64,000 bases of DNA from positions 14,143-78,142 of the forward strand of contig NZ_CALLDG010000052.1 in the NCBI RefSeq assembly GCF_937999985.1, in the 5' to 3' direction. The notes beneath the pieces are model-generated. The model worked only from the letters and a program-made list of their open reading frames with translations, was not told where the DNA came from and did not search any database. Position numbers and translations under genes: made by a program. Positions 35,799 to 44,479 of the stretch are shown piece after piece; position 1 is the stretch's first letter; each line of letters begins with the position of its first letter. This stretch comes from an uncultured Corynebacterium sp. GTDB lineage: Bacteria > Actinomycetota > Actinomycetes > Mycobacteriales > Mycobacteriaceae.

Positions 35799-37016
35799 TT
35801 AGTTAGGCACGTCGAAACGCAGCTGCTCGCGGTTCGCACCAGCGCGGAGGAAAGCCTCCACGGTGTGGCGCTTCATCTCCGGTCCACCCGTGATCAGCAC
35901 CTCGGCATCGCGCCACGAACCGCGCTCGGCGGCCACATCCCCCACCAGGCCGCGCGCCGTGTAAGCCTCGAAGTTCTCCGGGGCGGGCGCATCCTCCTGC
36001 ACCACCAGGTACAAATCCAGCCAATCGAAGGCATCCTCGAAGCCCACCAGACCCTGCCACTCGTAAAGCTCATCAGGGTTCTGCGCGCCGAAGAACAGCT
36101 GCACCATCGGCGGGCGCTCCTCTGACTGGATGAGGTCCAGCAGGATAGCCCGCACCGGCGCCAGACCCGTGGACCCGGCCACCATCACCACCGGCTTCTC
36201 GCCGGAAATCTGCAGGTCGCCATATGGATTGGCTACCACCCACTGCTCGCCGGGCTGGGAGCCCTCCACGATCGCGCGAGAAAACGGCCCGACGGCGCGG
36301 ACGTGAAACTCCACCAAACCGTCCTCGTTAAAAGGAATCGCCGGGGAAAGCGCCCGCCACAGCTGCGGAGTATGCGGCGTGCGGACCTCCACATGCTGGC
36401 CGGACCAATACGGCAACGGCGGATCCATCTGCGTGCGGATCACGGCGATGGCGTCACAAGGATGAAGCACCTCGAGCACCTGTGCGGCCGAGGTCGCAGG
36501 CACGTCGGCTTCCTCGTCCTCGAGCGCACCGTAGGCAAGCAAGCTACATCCGAGGTTGATTGTGTCGCTGAGCTTTTTTGTGACGCCCATATACTCCCCA
36601 ACAGCCTCCACCAACGCGGACTCTAGCGCCTCATAATGCTGAGAACCCACGCCGAACTTTCGGAAATCCTTGCCGGTAGCGACCAAGAACTCGGCTTGGT
36701 CGGTGGCGAACTCACCGCCGGGGGTGATGCCGCGCAGGACGAAGCGGATGGTGCGGTCCAGGTAGGCCTCGTCCAGCTCCATCGTCTGAGCGAAATCCGG
36801 GGTGGGGTTGGCGTACTCGGCGCCCGCGACGTGCGGGAAGTGCACGGTCATGGGCTTGGGATCCATTGCGTGCAGCTTTGCGCGGGTGAGCTGGACCAGG
36901 TCGTGGCGGTGTTCTTCGACGAGTGCGAGCAGCTCTGCGAAGGTGTAGTCGTCGGACGAAGAGTGGCGTGCCACGGACTCGAAGTCTCCTTGTTCTACAG
37001 GGGCGGGCTGAGGCAA
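35799..37016 (-). CDS. Globin-like domain fused to an FAD/NAD(P)-binding ferredoxin-reductase-type oxidoreductase (Rv0385-like)
   Basis: 405 aa. N-terminal globin-like region (FGVGSQHYEALESALVEAVGEYMG). C-terminal FNR-like module (RALSPAIP, VMVAGSTGLAPVRAIL). Confidence 0.65.
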   Translation of the reverse strand: MPQPAPVEQGDFESVARHSSSDDYTFAELLALVEEHRHDLVQLTRAKLHAMDPKPMTVHFPHVAGAEYANPTPDFAQTMELDEAYLDRTIRFVLRGITPGGEFATDQAEFLVATGKDFRKFGVGSQHYEALESALVEAVGEYMGVTKKLSDTINLGCSLLAYGALEDEEADVPATSAAQVLEVLHPCDAIAVIRTQMDPPLPYWSGQHVEVRTPHTPQLWRALSPAIPFNEDGLVEFHVRAVGPFSRAIVEGSQPGEQWVVANPYGDLQISGEKPVVMVAGSTGLAPVRAILLDLIQSEERPPMVQLFFGAQNPDELYEWQGLVGFEDAFDWLDLYLVVQEDAPAPENFEAYTARGLVGDVAAERGSWRDAEVLITGGPEMKRHTVEAFLRAGANREQLRFDVPN

Positions 37017-37079
37017 CCGGGTGAGGGGCCGGTTGGTTGCTCCTCATTGTCGCACCCGAACCTGTGAATTGGAACTCCC

Positions 37080-38183
37080 CTATTGGAAAGCAGGATTGCC
37101 GAGCTGCTGTGGGGCAGTGTGGTACTCGATTGGGGTATCGGAGAAGTTGATTGGGTTGCGAACGCTGCGCATGCCTTCGACCTCGACGATGGGATCCAGG
37201 CCTAAGGATTCTGCGAACTCGAAGGCCTGCTTGATGTTGTTCACCGGGCCAGCGGGAACCCCGGCAGCGCGTAGCTTCTGGAACCACTCCTGGGCGCCGG
37301 CCTTAGCCAACGCACCTTCGATGATCTCCGCCAACTCGGCACGGTGAGCGACACGGTCGCTGTTGGTGGCGAACCGGGCGTCATCAATAAGCTCCTCGAG
37401 CCCCAGCACCCGACAGGTCCGGTGGTACAGCGAGTCGTTGCCCGCGGCGATGGCGAGATCGCCCTCCTGGGTCTTAAAGACCTGGTAGGGGGCGATGGAA
37501 GGGTGAGTGTTGCCCATCGCCTTGCCGATGACGCCCGCACCGACGAACGCGCTGGCTTGGTTGGCCAGGGAGGACAGCAGGGTGTGCAGCAGGTTGATTT
37601 CGATGTGCTGGCCCTTGCCGGTGGAGGTGCGGGAATGCAGGGCGGCGAGGATGCCCATGCCCATGTGCAGGCCGGTGAGGACATCCACCAGCGCCACGCC
37701 GACCTTGACGGGGTGGCCCTCCTCGCCGTTGATGGACATGAGCCCACCGACGGCCTGCACCATCAGGTCGTAGCCGCCGATGTCCGCGCCCTTGCCGGAA
37801 CCAAAACCGGAGAGGGAGGCGTAGACCAGGCCCTCGTTGTGCTGGCGGAGCGTTTCATAGTCCAGCCCCATGCGCTCCATCGTGCCGGGGCGGAAGTTCT
37901 CCACCAGGATGTCGGCTTCCGCGGCGATACGGCGGGCCTGCTCGCGGCCCTCGTCGGTGGAGAGGTCGATCTCCACGGACTTCTTGTTGCGGTTTACGCC
38001 GGCGAAGTAGGTGGACATGCCCTGCGTGTTAACGGGCGGCGCCCACGAGCGAGTGTCGTCGCCGACGCCCGGACGCTCGATCTTGATGACCTGCGCGCCC
38101 ATGTCCGCCAGCATCATGGTCGCGTAGGGGCCGGCGAGGACGCGGGAGAAATCGGCCACGACGATGCCTTCGAGGGGGCCCAT
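37080..38183 (-). CDS. CoA-transferase family III (CaiB/BaiF) protein
   Basis: 367 aa. Hallmark N-terminus LEGIVVADFSRVLAGPYATMMLADMGAQVIKIERPGVGDDTRSW. Confidence 0.9.
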   Translation of the reverse strand: MGPLEGIVVADFSRVLAGPYATMMLADMGAQVIKIERPGVGDDTRSWAPPVNTQGMSTYFAGVNRNKKSVEIDLSTDEGREQARRIAAEADILVENFRPGTMERMGLDYETLRQHNEGLVYASLSGFGSGKGADIGGYDLMVQAVGGLMSINGEEGHPVKVGVALVDVLTGLHMGMGILAALHSRTSTGKGQHIEINLLHTLLSSLANQASAFVGAGVIGKAMGNTHPSIAPYQVFKTQEGDLAIAAGNDSLYHRTCRVLGLEELIDDARFATNSDRVAHRAELAEIIEGALAKAGAQEWFQKLRAAGVPAGPVNNIKQAFEFAESLGLDPIVEVEGMRSVRNPINFSDTPIEYHTAPQQLGNPAFQ

Positions 38184-38244
38184 AGGTTCCTTTCTGGTTG
38201 GGGAAGGGTTGGGAGGGTTGGGGTGGGGTGGGGTGCGCGGAGGT

Positions 38245-39420
38245 TTAGCGGAATGCGCCCTTGCCGGTGAGGGCCTGGCCGATGATCAGCTGGTGCATCT
38301 CGGCAGTGCCCTCGTAGGTCAGCACGGACTCTAGGTTGTTGGCGTGGCGCAGTGGCGAGTACTCCAGGGTGATGCCGGAAGCGCCCAGCAGGGTGCGGCA
38401 CTCGCGGGCGATCTCCAGAGCCACGCGGGTGGAGTTCAGCTTGCCGACGGAGACCTGGTGCGGGGCGAGCTCGCCCTTGTCCTTCAGGCGGCCGAGCTGT
38501 AGGGCCAGCAGGACGGACTTGTTGAGCTCGACGGACATGTTGGCCAGCTTCGCCTGGGTGAGCTGGTAGCTGGACAGGGACTTGCCGAATACCTCGCGGG
38601 TCTCGGTGTACTCGATGGCGGTTTCCAAGCTGTCGCGGGCTGCACCCAGGGCACCCCAGATAATGCCGTAGCGGGCTTCGTTCAGGCAGGTCAGCGGGCC
38701 GCGGAGGGTGTCGATCTTCGGCAGGCGCTGGGAGTCCGGCACGCGGCAGTTGTCCAGCACGATCTCGCCAGTGATGGAGGCGCGCAGCGAAAGCTTCTTG
38801 TGGATCTCCGGGGCAGTGAAGCCCTCCATGCCCTTTTCCAAGATGAAGCCGGCGAAGCCATCCTCGGTGCGAGCCCAGACGACGGCCACGTCGGCGACGG
38901 GGGAGTTGGTGATCCACATCTTGGTGCCGTTGAGGACCCACTCGTCGCCGTCGCGGGTTGCGCGCGTCTTCATAGACGCCGGGTCGGAGCCGGCATCGGG
39001 CTCCGTCAGGCCGAAGCAGCCCAGGTACTCACCGGCGGCCATCTTCGGCAGGTACTTTTCCTTCTGCTCCTCGGAGCCCCAGTGGTGGATGGCGAACATG
39101 GCCAGGGAGCCCTGGACGGAGACGAAGGAGCGCAGGCCGGAATCCACGGCCTCGATCTCCATGCAAGCCAGGCCGTAGGCGACGGCGGAGGCGCCGGGGC
39201 ACTCGTAGCCTTCCAGGTGCATGCCCAGCGCGCCGAGCTGTCCGAACTGCGGGCCGAGCTCCTTGGCGGGCAGGGTGCCGTTTTCGAACCACTCCTGCAC
39301 GTTGGGTTTGAGGGATTTGTTGGCGAAGTCCGCCATGGCTTCTTGCAGCATGCGCTCTTCGTCGGAGAGCAGGCTGTTGAAGGAGGTGAGGTCGAGCGGG
39401 GAAGAAGTCATGCCAGTCAT
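38245..39420 (-). CDS. gcdH: Glutaryl-CoA dehydrogenase (acyl-CoA dehydrogenase family)
   Basis: About 390 aa from ATG at 39420 or 39411. Motifs GCFGLTEPDAGSDPASM, WITNSPVADVAVVWAR, GFILEKGMEGF, LQLGRLKD and TYEGT closely follow the GCDH pattern. The track start (39747) adds an implausible extension. Confidence 0.85.
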   Translation of the reverse strand: MTGMTSSPLDLTSFNSLLSDEERMLQEAMADFANKSLKPNVQEWFENGTLPAKELGPQFGQLGALGMHLEGYECPGASAVAYGLACMEIEAVDSGLRSFVSVQGSLAMFAIHHWGSEEQKEKYLPKMAAGEYLGCFGLTEPDAGSDPASMKTRATRDGDEWVLNGTKMWITNSPVADVAVVWARTEDGFAGFILEKGMEGFTAPEIHKKLSLRASITGEIVLDNCRVPDSQRLPKIDTLRGPLTCLNEARYGIIWGALGAARDSLETAIEYTETREVFGKSLSSYQLTQAKLANMSVELNKSVLLALQLGRLKDKGELAPHQVSVGKLNSTRVALEIARECRTLLGASGITLEYSPLRHANNLESVLTYEGTAEMHQLIIGQALTGKGAFR

Positions 39421-39562
39421 TTCCTTACGTATATAGGTATCTGTATACTGATTTGCGTACCAATGAGTGTAGGGGAAGTTGTTTCGTTCCGAAAGGCTTT
39501 TGTGAAAATTTCCTCTAACATCGTCGTAGTCAGCCGCCACCCCAAGCCGAAAGGAACCCCCA

Positions 39563-40336
39563 ATGCCCGACGCGCCCCACCCAGAGTCCGCGCCGCGGTT
39601 CCCCTTTCCCGTCGACCAGCAGCCCGGTAGATCCCACCACCGCACCGTCGACCGGATCGCGGACATCCTGGAGTTCGTGGCCCGCAACCCGCAGCCGCGC
39701 GGACTCACGGATATTTCCAAGGCCATCGGCGCGCCAGTAAGTTCCACCCAATCCCTGGTGAATGGCCTGGTCGCAGCCGGATACCTGGAAGAACGGGATA
39801 AAGCCTTCCGCCTGGGTCTCGCCCCGTACCTGCTGAGTACTCTCGCCGGTAGCCGCCCCGTGGATCAGGTCACCCACGAGATGCTGGAAGACGTGGTGGA
39901 AGAGACAGGCTATATCGCCGTGTTGGCGTCATTGGTAGGTGACAATGTCTACTACCTCGACTACGCGCTGTCGGACCCCGAGTTCGAGTACCTGGCGCAA
40001 AACCGGCTGCAGCGCCCGCCACTCGAGACATCGGCGGGATGGGCGATCCTCTCCGGGCTGGGGCACGAGCAGGTGTGGGGGATTCTGGCTGCTTCCGAGA
40101 GTTCGCAGGAGACCATCAATAAGTTCCAGCGCTGGTACCCAGACATGCGCGCGACCGGCGAATGCGTGGCCCCCGGCGTGGCTTTGAACGGCGCGGATGG
40201 TGTGGCCGTGCGCGTCGAGAGCCAGGGAGTGGCGGTGGCCTCGGTGTCCGTCATTGCCTCGACCGAGCAGATCGCGCGCGACGCGGATCGGATTATTGAG
40301 GTTTTAAGACGCCACAGCGCCCGCTGGAACCGTTAG
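39563..40336 (+). CDS. IclR family transcriptional regulator
   Basis: 257 aa. N-terminal winged-HTH (VDRIADILEFVARNPQPRGLTDISKAIGAPVSSTQSLVNGLVAAGYLE) plus a C-terminal effector domain. Divergent from the gcdH operon. Confidence 0.85.
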   Translation: MPDAPHPESAPRFPFPVDQQPGRSHHRTVDRIADILEFVARNPQPRGLTDISKAIGAPVSSTQSLVNGLVAAGYLEERDKAFRLGLAPYLLSTLAGSRPVDQVTHEMLEDVVEETGYIAVLASLVGDNVYYLDYALSDPEFEYLAQNRLQRPPLETSAGWAILSGLGHEQVWGILAASESSQETINKFQRWYPDMRATGECVAPGVALNGADGVAVRVESQGVAVASVSVIASTEQIARDADRIIEVLRRHSARWNR

Positions 40337-40340
40337 CAGC

Positions 40341-40991
40341 TCAAGCTGAGTTCGTCGTTGAAGAAGTGGCGGTGATTCGCCAGTCCTCTCCCTGGGGGAG
40401 GGCGTGCAAGATGGTTTCAAAGGCGCTGGAGATTAGTGCGGGGCGAAAGCTTTCCGCATAGTATGCCTCCTTGGAAACCTCTTTTCCACCGGAGAATGCG
40501 GTGATCTTCCCTCGTTGCTTCATGTGATGACGAGAGATGGTCTGTTCGAGCGATTTGACGGAGCTGGCCCAAGGTTCGTCCTGTTCATATGCGTTGACGC
40601 TTCGCTCGCAAGCGGAGGAAGTCTCGATGCTGGGAATTGGGGGCACGCCGAAGTCGGAAATCGCGCTCATACTGATGGAGTGGAGAGCTGAGAGCGCGGA
40701 ACTTGGCAATGCGGAGTCCCACACGGCAAATAACGGGCGAAGAGGGAAGCGATCCTCTTTCGATCGCACGGTTAAGTGTGCGCGAATAGTCTGCAGATCT
40801 TCAATAGTGTCGTGGGTAGCATCATTAATTTCCCAAAGGCTAAGAGGGATTACCTTTCCGTCGGAATCGCCGGTGTAGGAAAAACCCAGGGATAATTCGG
40901 CCCAGCGAAACCGGTCGAAAAAGAGGTCGGGATCCACCTTCTCTTCGGTGAAGGTGGATGCTTGCAGGACAACGTAGCGATCCTTGTACAT
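40341..40991 (-). CDS. Hypothetical protein (orphan, visibly lower G+C than neighbours)
   Basis: 216 aa. No TM or signal peptide and no family motif I recognise. Codon usage is richer in A/T-ending codons than in the flanking genes. Lies 104 nt downstream of dctM on the same strand. Confidence 0.5.
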   Translation of the reverse strand: MYKDRYVVLQASTFTEEKVDPDLFFDRFRWAELSLGFSYTGDSDGKVIPLSLWEINDATHDTIEDLQTIRAHLTVRSKEDRFPLRPLFAVWDSALPSSALSALHSISMSAISDFGVPPIPSIETSSACERSVNAYEQDEPWASSVKSLEQTISRHHMKQRGKITAFSGGKEVSKEAYYAESFRPALISSAFETILHALPQGEDWRITATSSTTNSA

Positions 40992-41095
40992 GGACTAAAC
41001 GCTAATGGATGCTCTGCAGCTTAAACAGGTTTTGAGCACTATGCGTTCTCTAGTGTTTTAGAAAGGAACCCCATACCCGACGGGCACGCGCCAGC

Positions 41096-42382
41096 CTAAG
41101 CGGCCAACTCCGGCACCCACAGCACCAGCTCGGGCCACAGCAGGAAGGCCAGGGCGATAACCAGCATGATCACGACATAGGGGAATGCTCCCTTGAACAC
41201 GATCATCGGGTTGATGCGCACGGCCTTGGAGACGACGAACACGTTCAGGCCCATGGGCGGGGTGACCATGCCGGTCTCCGCCAGCAGGACGATGAAGATG
41301 CCGAACCAGACGGGGTCGTAACCCAGCGCTTCGACGATGGGCAGGGTCACCGGCACGGTCAGGGCGATGATGGCGATCTGATCCATGAAGAAACCCAGGA
41401 TCAGGTACACCGCGCCGATCAGAGCCATGATTACCAGCGGGTGCAGGGAGGACTCGCCGATGGCGCTGACCAGCTTCGGGGTGACGCGCGTTTCGGTGAG
41501 GAAGTGCCCCAGTACGTGCGCGGACATGATGATGGCGAAGATCATGCCGGTGGTCTTCACCGTCTCCAGAACAGTTTCGCCGAACTTCTTGGTATCCCAG
41601 CGACCCTTCGCGATCACCAGAATCAGCGCGGCCAGCACGCCCAGGGCGGCGGCCTCCGTAGGCGTGGCGATACCGGTGAAGATGGAGCCGACCACGGCCA
41701 GGAAGATCAGCAGCAGTGGGGAAGACTTCAGCAGCTGCAGGCCCTTCTCTGAAAGGGGAACCGGCTCGCCCTGCGGGGCACGGGAGCGGTCCTTCAGGAA
41801 GCTGATGTACATCACCAGCACCAGACCCATAGCGACAACCAGGCCGGGGAAGAAGCCCGCGACCAGCACGTCGCCCACGGGAGCCTCCGCGGTGATCGCG
41901 TAGAAGACCAAGATGATCGACGGTGGGATCATCGCCGCCAGCGTGCCGACCACTGCCACCAGGCCGGTGGCGGTGCCCTTGTGGTAGCCCTCCTCGATCA
42001 TGCGGGTAGAGGAGGTCTGCGCCAACGTGGCCGCGGCAGCGGTGGACGATCCCGAGACGGCCGCGAACGCGGTGCCTGCGCCGATGGAAGCGATGGCGGT
42101 ACCTCCGGGGATGCGGCCGACGAGCGCCTTGGCGGCGTCAAAAACAGAATCCAAAAGACCAGACATCAGCATCAGCTGCGCCATCAGGATGAACAGCGGC
42201 ACGGCGGACAAAGAGTTGGAACGCACGGCGGCGAACGGCGAGGTCTCCATGGTGGCGATGGCCAGCTCGACCCCGCCGAGGGCGATCAGGCCGACCGTGG
42301 CCGTGCCGAAGATGGCGAAGCTGACGGGGACGCGCAGGATAATCAGCGCGACCAGCAGCACAACGACAGTAAGCGCAAGCAT
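41096..42382 (-). CDS. dctM: TRAP transporter large permease subunit
   Basis: 428 aa, about 12 TM. Typical DctM sequence (LFILMAQLMLMSGL...LLAETGMVTPPMGLNVFV). Confidence 0.9.
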   Translation of the reverse strand: MLALTVVVLLVALIILRVPVSFAIFGTATVGLIALGGVELAIATMETSPFAAVRSNSLSAVPLFILMAQLMLMSGLLDSVFDAAKALVGRIPGGTAIASIGAGTAFAAVSGSSTAAAATLAQTSSTRMIEEGYHKGTATGLVAVVGTLAAMIPPSIILVFYAITAEAPVGDVLVAGFFPGLVVAMGLVLVMYISFLKDRSRAPQGEPVPLSEKGLQLLKSSPLLLIFLAVVGSIFTGIATPTEAAALGVLAALILVIAKGRWDTKKFGETVLETVKTTGMIFAIIMSAHVLGHFLTETRVTPKLVSAIGESSLHPLVIMALIGAVYLILGFFMDQIAIIALTVPVTLPIVEALGYDPVWFGIFIVLLAETGMVTPPMGLNVFVVSKAVRINPMIVFKGAFPYVVIMLVIALAFLLWPELVLWVPELAA

Positions 42383-42385
42383 GGT

Positions 42386-43003
42386 TTAAACCTCTTCCTC
42401 GCCGGGGTCGTAGTCGGTATAGGGGCGATCCCACGGGGTGATCAGTTCCCGCACAAAATCCAGCGCGGCGACGAAGGCGCACAGGGCGGCGGCGATGGGC
42501 ACGATCACGCGGTAGGTCCAGTCGGGAGTGGCTAGGTCAGCCATGCCGGGCAGGGTGGCGTGGCCCAGCGAGAACGCCATGTACGTCTGGTTCCATCCGC
42601 CGATGAAGACGAAGATCATGGTGATCACCACGGCTAGGTGGATTAACAACAGGATGGTCTTCTGCACTTTGGGCGCGAACTTGCTGAACAACGACTCCAC
42701 TGCGATGTGCGTGCCCGTGCGGTACGTGGTGACCAGCCCGAAGAACGCGGTGATCGGCAATAGGTAGCGCTCGGTGACGGAGATGTTCCAGCCCAGGGGA
42801 GCGCCGAAGAACTCGCGCGCTACGATCTCCGCCAATGTGACCAGCGCCAGCCCGAGGATGGCCGCGCCGGCGATCCAGGCGCACACCGCGGAGACGGTGT
42901 TCTGGATCTTGTCGAAGCCGGGGTGGTCCTCGGTGTGGTAGCCGTATGTGCTGCGTTCGGCGGTGCCGTGGTGGCCCGGGTGGACGAAGTTGCTGCTGGT
43001 CAT
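42386..43003 (-). CDS. dctQ: TRAP transporter small permease subunit
   Basis: 205 aa from the ATG at 43003, which overlaps the dctP stop (ATGA). Four TM helices. Ends 3 nt before the dctM start. Confidence 0.8.
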   Translation of the reverse strand: MTSSNFVHPGHHGTAERSTYGYHTEDHPGFDKIQNTVSAVCAWIAGAAILGLALVTLAEIVAREFFGAPLGWNISVTERYLLPITAFFGLVTTYRTGTHIAVESLFSKFAPKVQKTILLLIHLAVVITMIFVFIGGWNQTYMAFSLGHATLPGMADLATPDWTYRVIVPIAAALCAFVAALDFVRELITPWDRPYTDYDPGEEEV

Positions 43004-44205
43004 GACTGCTGCTCCTTTGCTTCGGCTCGGGTCTTCGGGTCGGTGACGCCCGCACCCGCGCGATCCGCATGGCGCTTCAGTGCGTCCTCGAAGTCGTCCA
43101 CGACCCGCTGGGCGGGGTGCCCCTTGGATTCGGCGACTTCGATCCACTTGTTTAGTACGGGCTGGGAGATGTTCTCCCACTCTTTGGCCGTTTCGCCGTC
43201 GGTGACGTCGTAGAAGCGCACGCCGGCATCCTTCATCTTTTGCACTGAGTCTTCGCGAGCTGCGTTGAGCTCTTCGCAGACGGACTGCTGGGACTTGTCC
43301 GCCGCATCGGTCAGCGCCTTCTTCTGCTGGTCGTTCAGCCGGTCCCAGGTATCCAAGTTGATCCCGTAGAAAAAGGTGAAGTTGCCCTGCTGGGCGCCGT
43401 AGGTGCTTGCGTGGACCACGTCCTCCAGCCCGTAGGGGGTGATGGAGATCGGGCTGGCGAGCGTGCCTTCGACGGTGCCGCGAGACATTGCCTCGTACAT
43501 ATCGCCGATGGGCATGCTCACGCCGGCGGCGCCGATCTCGTCGATCACGCGGTCCAGGGCTCCGCCGGTGGAGCGGAGCACTGCGCCTTGGAAGCTGTTC
43601 GGATGCGAGGGGTCCTGGCCGGCCGTCATGGCCTCGTAGCCGGGGATGGAGCCGGTCCAGAGCGGCATGAATTTCATGGGCTTGAGCTCTTCTTCATAGA
43701 GGACGCCCCCTGGCTTCACCAGGTCGCGCAGTGCATAGGCGGTCACGCATGCATCGGAGCTGAACCCCGGGAGGTCGCCCACGCTGCTGAGTGGGAAGCT
43801 GGAGCTGACGTAGGAGGGGGAGATGACCGCCATGTCGACTACGCCGCTGCGCACGACGGAGGGGATGTCGGCCTGCTTGCCCATCTGCCCGGAGGCGTAG
43901 TACTCGACGTCAACGGAGGAGTCTTTTTCCAGCTGGTCGAGGAAGGGCTGAGTGCCGCCAGTACCGACGGGGTGGGTGAGCGAGTAACTGTCAGCCATTT
44001 TTAGCTCCGCGGTGCTGCCGGGGGCGTAAGGTTCAGCGGAGGAGTTGGAGCAGGCGGTGAGCGCGCCGGGCAGGGCGGCCGTCACGGCGACTGCCGTGAT
44101 GGCAGAGGCGACCCGGCAGGTGGGGCGGGTGCGGCGGCTTCGCGGCGTGCTGTGGTGTGGCGTGCTGTGGTGCGGGGGCGCTTTCTTTTTGTGGAGTCGG
44201 AGCAT
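43000..44205 (-). CDS. dctP: TRAP transporter substrate-binding lipoprotein
   Basis: 401 aa. Lipobox LTAC after the signal peptide and a DctP-type periplasmic binding fold. The N-terminus has a 15-bp duplication (PHHSTPHHSTP). Confidence 0.8.
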   Translation of the reverse strand: MLRLHKKKAPPHHSTPHHSTPRSRRTRPTCRVASAITAVAVTAALPGALTACSNSSAEPYAPGSTAELKMADSYSLTHPVGTGGTQPFLDQLEKDSSVDVEYYASGQMGKQADIPSVVRSGVVDMAVISPSYVSSSFPLSSVGDLPGFSSDACVTAYALRDLVKPGGVLYEEELKPMKFMPLWTGSIPGYEAMTAGQDPSHPNSFQGAVLRSTGGALDRVIDEIGAAGVSMPIGDMYEAMSRGTVEGTLASPISITPYGLEDVVHASTYGAQQGNFTFFYGINLDTWDRLNDQQKKALTDAADKSQQSVCEELNAAREDSVQKMKDAGVRFYDVTDGETAKEWENISQPVLNKWIEVAESKGHPAQRVVDDFEDALKRHADRAGAGVTDPKTRAEAKEQQS

Positions 44206-44372
44206 GGTCCCTTCACCCTCTCGTTACGGATACTTGTTACAGATATAGGTAATCTGTTCCCGATTTGGATAAGTTTCATCTAACCTCCAAAGTGTGCGAA
44301 AGGCGATCGTTTTCGTCGAGAAAAGTAGATCGGGGGTGAACTTGTGGGGTAAATCACACTCATATACGTAAA

Positions 44373-44392
44373 TTGAGCGGAATAGACTCAAG
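44373..44392. promoter_or_regulatory. HAIR operator upstream of clpB (site 1)
   Basis: TTGAGC-ggaatag-ACTCAAG. Confidence 0.7.
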
Positions 44393-44402
44393 GCTGTGGT
44401 GG

Positions 44403-44422
44403 TTGAGTCAGGTGTACTCAAG
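44403..44422. promoter_or_regulatory. HAIR operator upstream of clpB (site 2)
   Basis: TTGAGT-caggtgt-ACTCAAG, a perfect core match about 60 nt upstream of the clpB ATG. Confidence 0.8.
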
Positions 44423-44479
44423 TAAAGTCGGGAGCGTGCAATCGCGACCGGCATGAAGCCGTAGGAGGTAGATGTAGAA

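Noticed and set aside
39429-39448. GTATA-N10-TATAC in the gcdH/IclR divergent region as the IclR operator.
   Set aside because: The half-sites are only 5 bp long in an AT-rich stretch, so the match could easily arise by chance. Without motif conservation data I do not call it.
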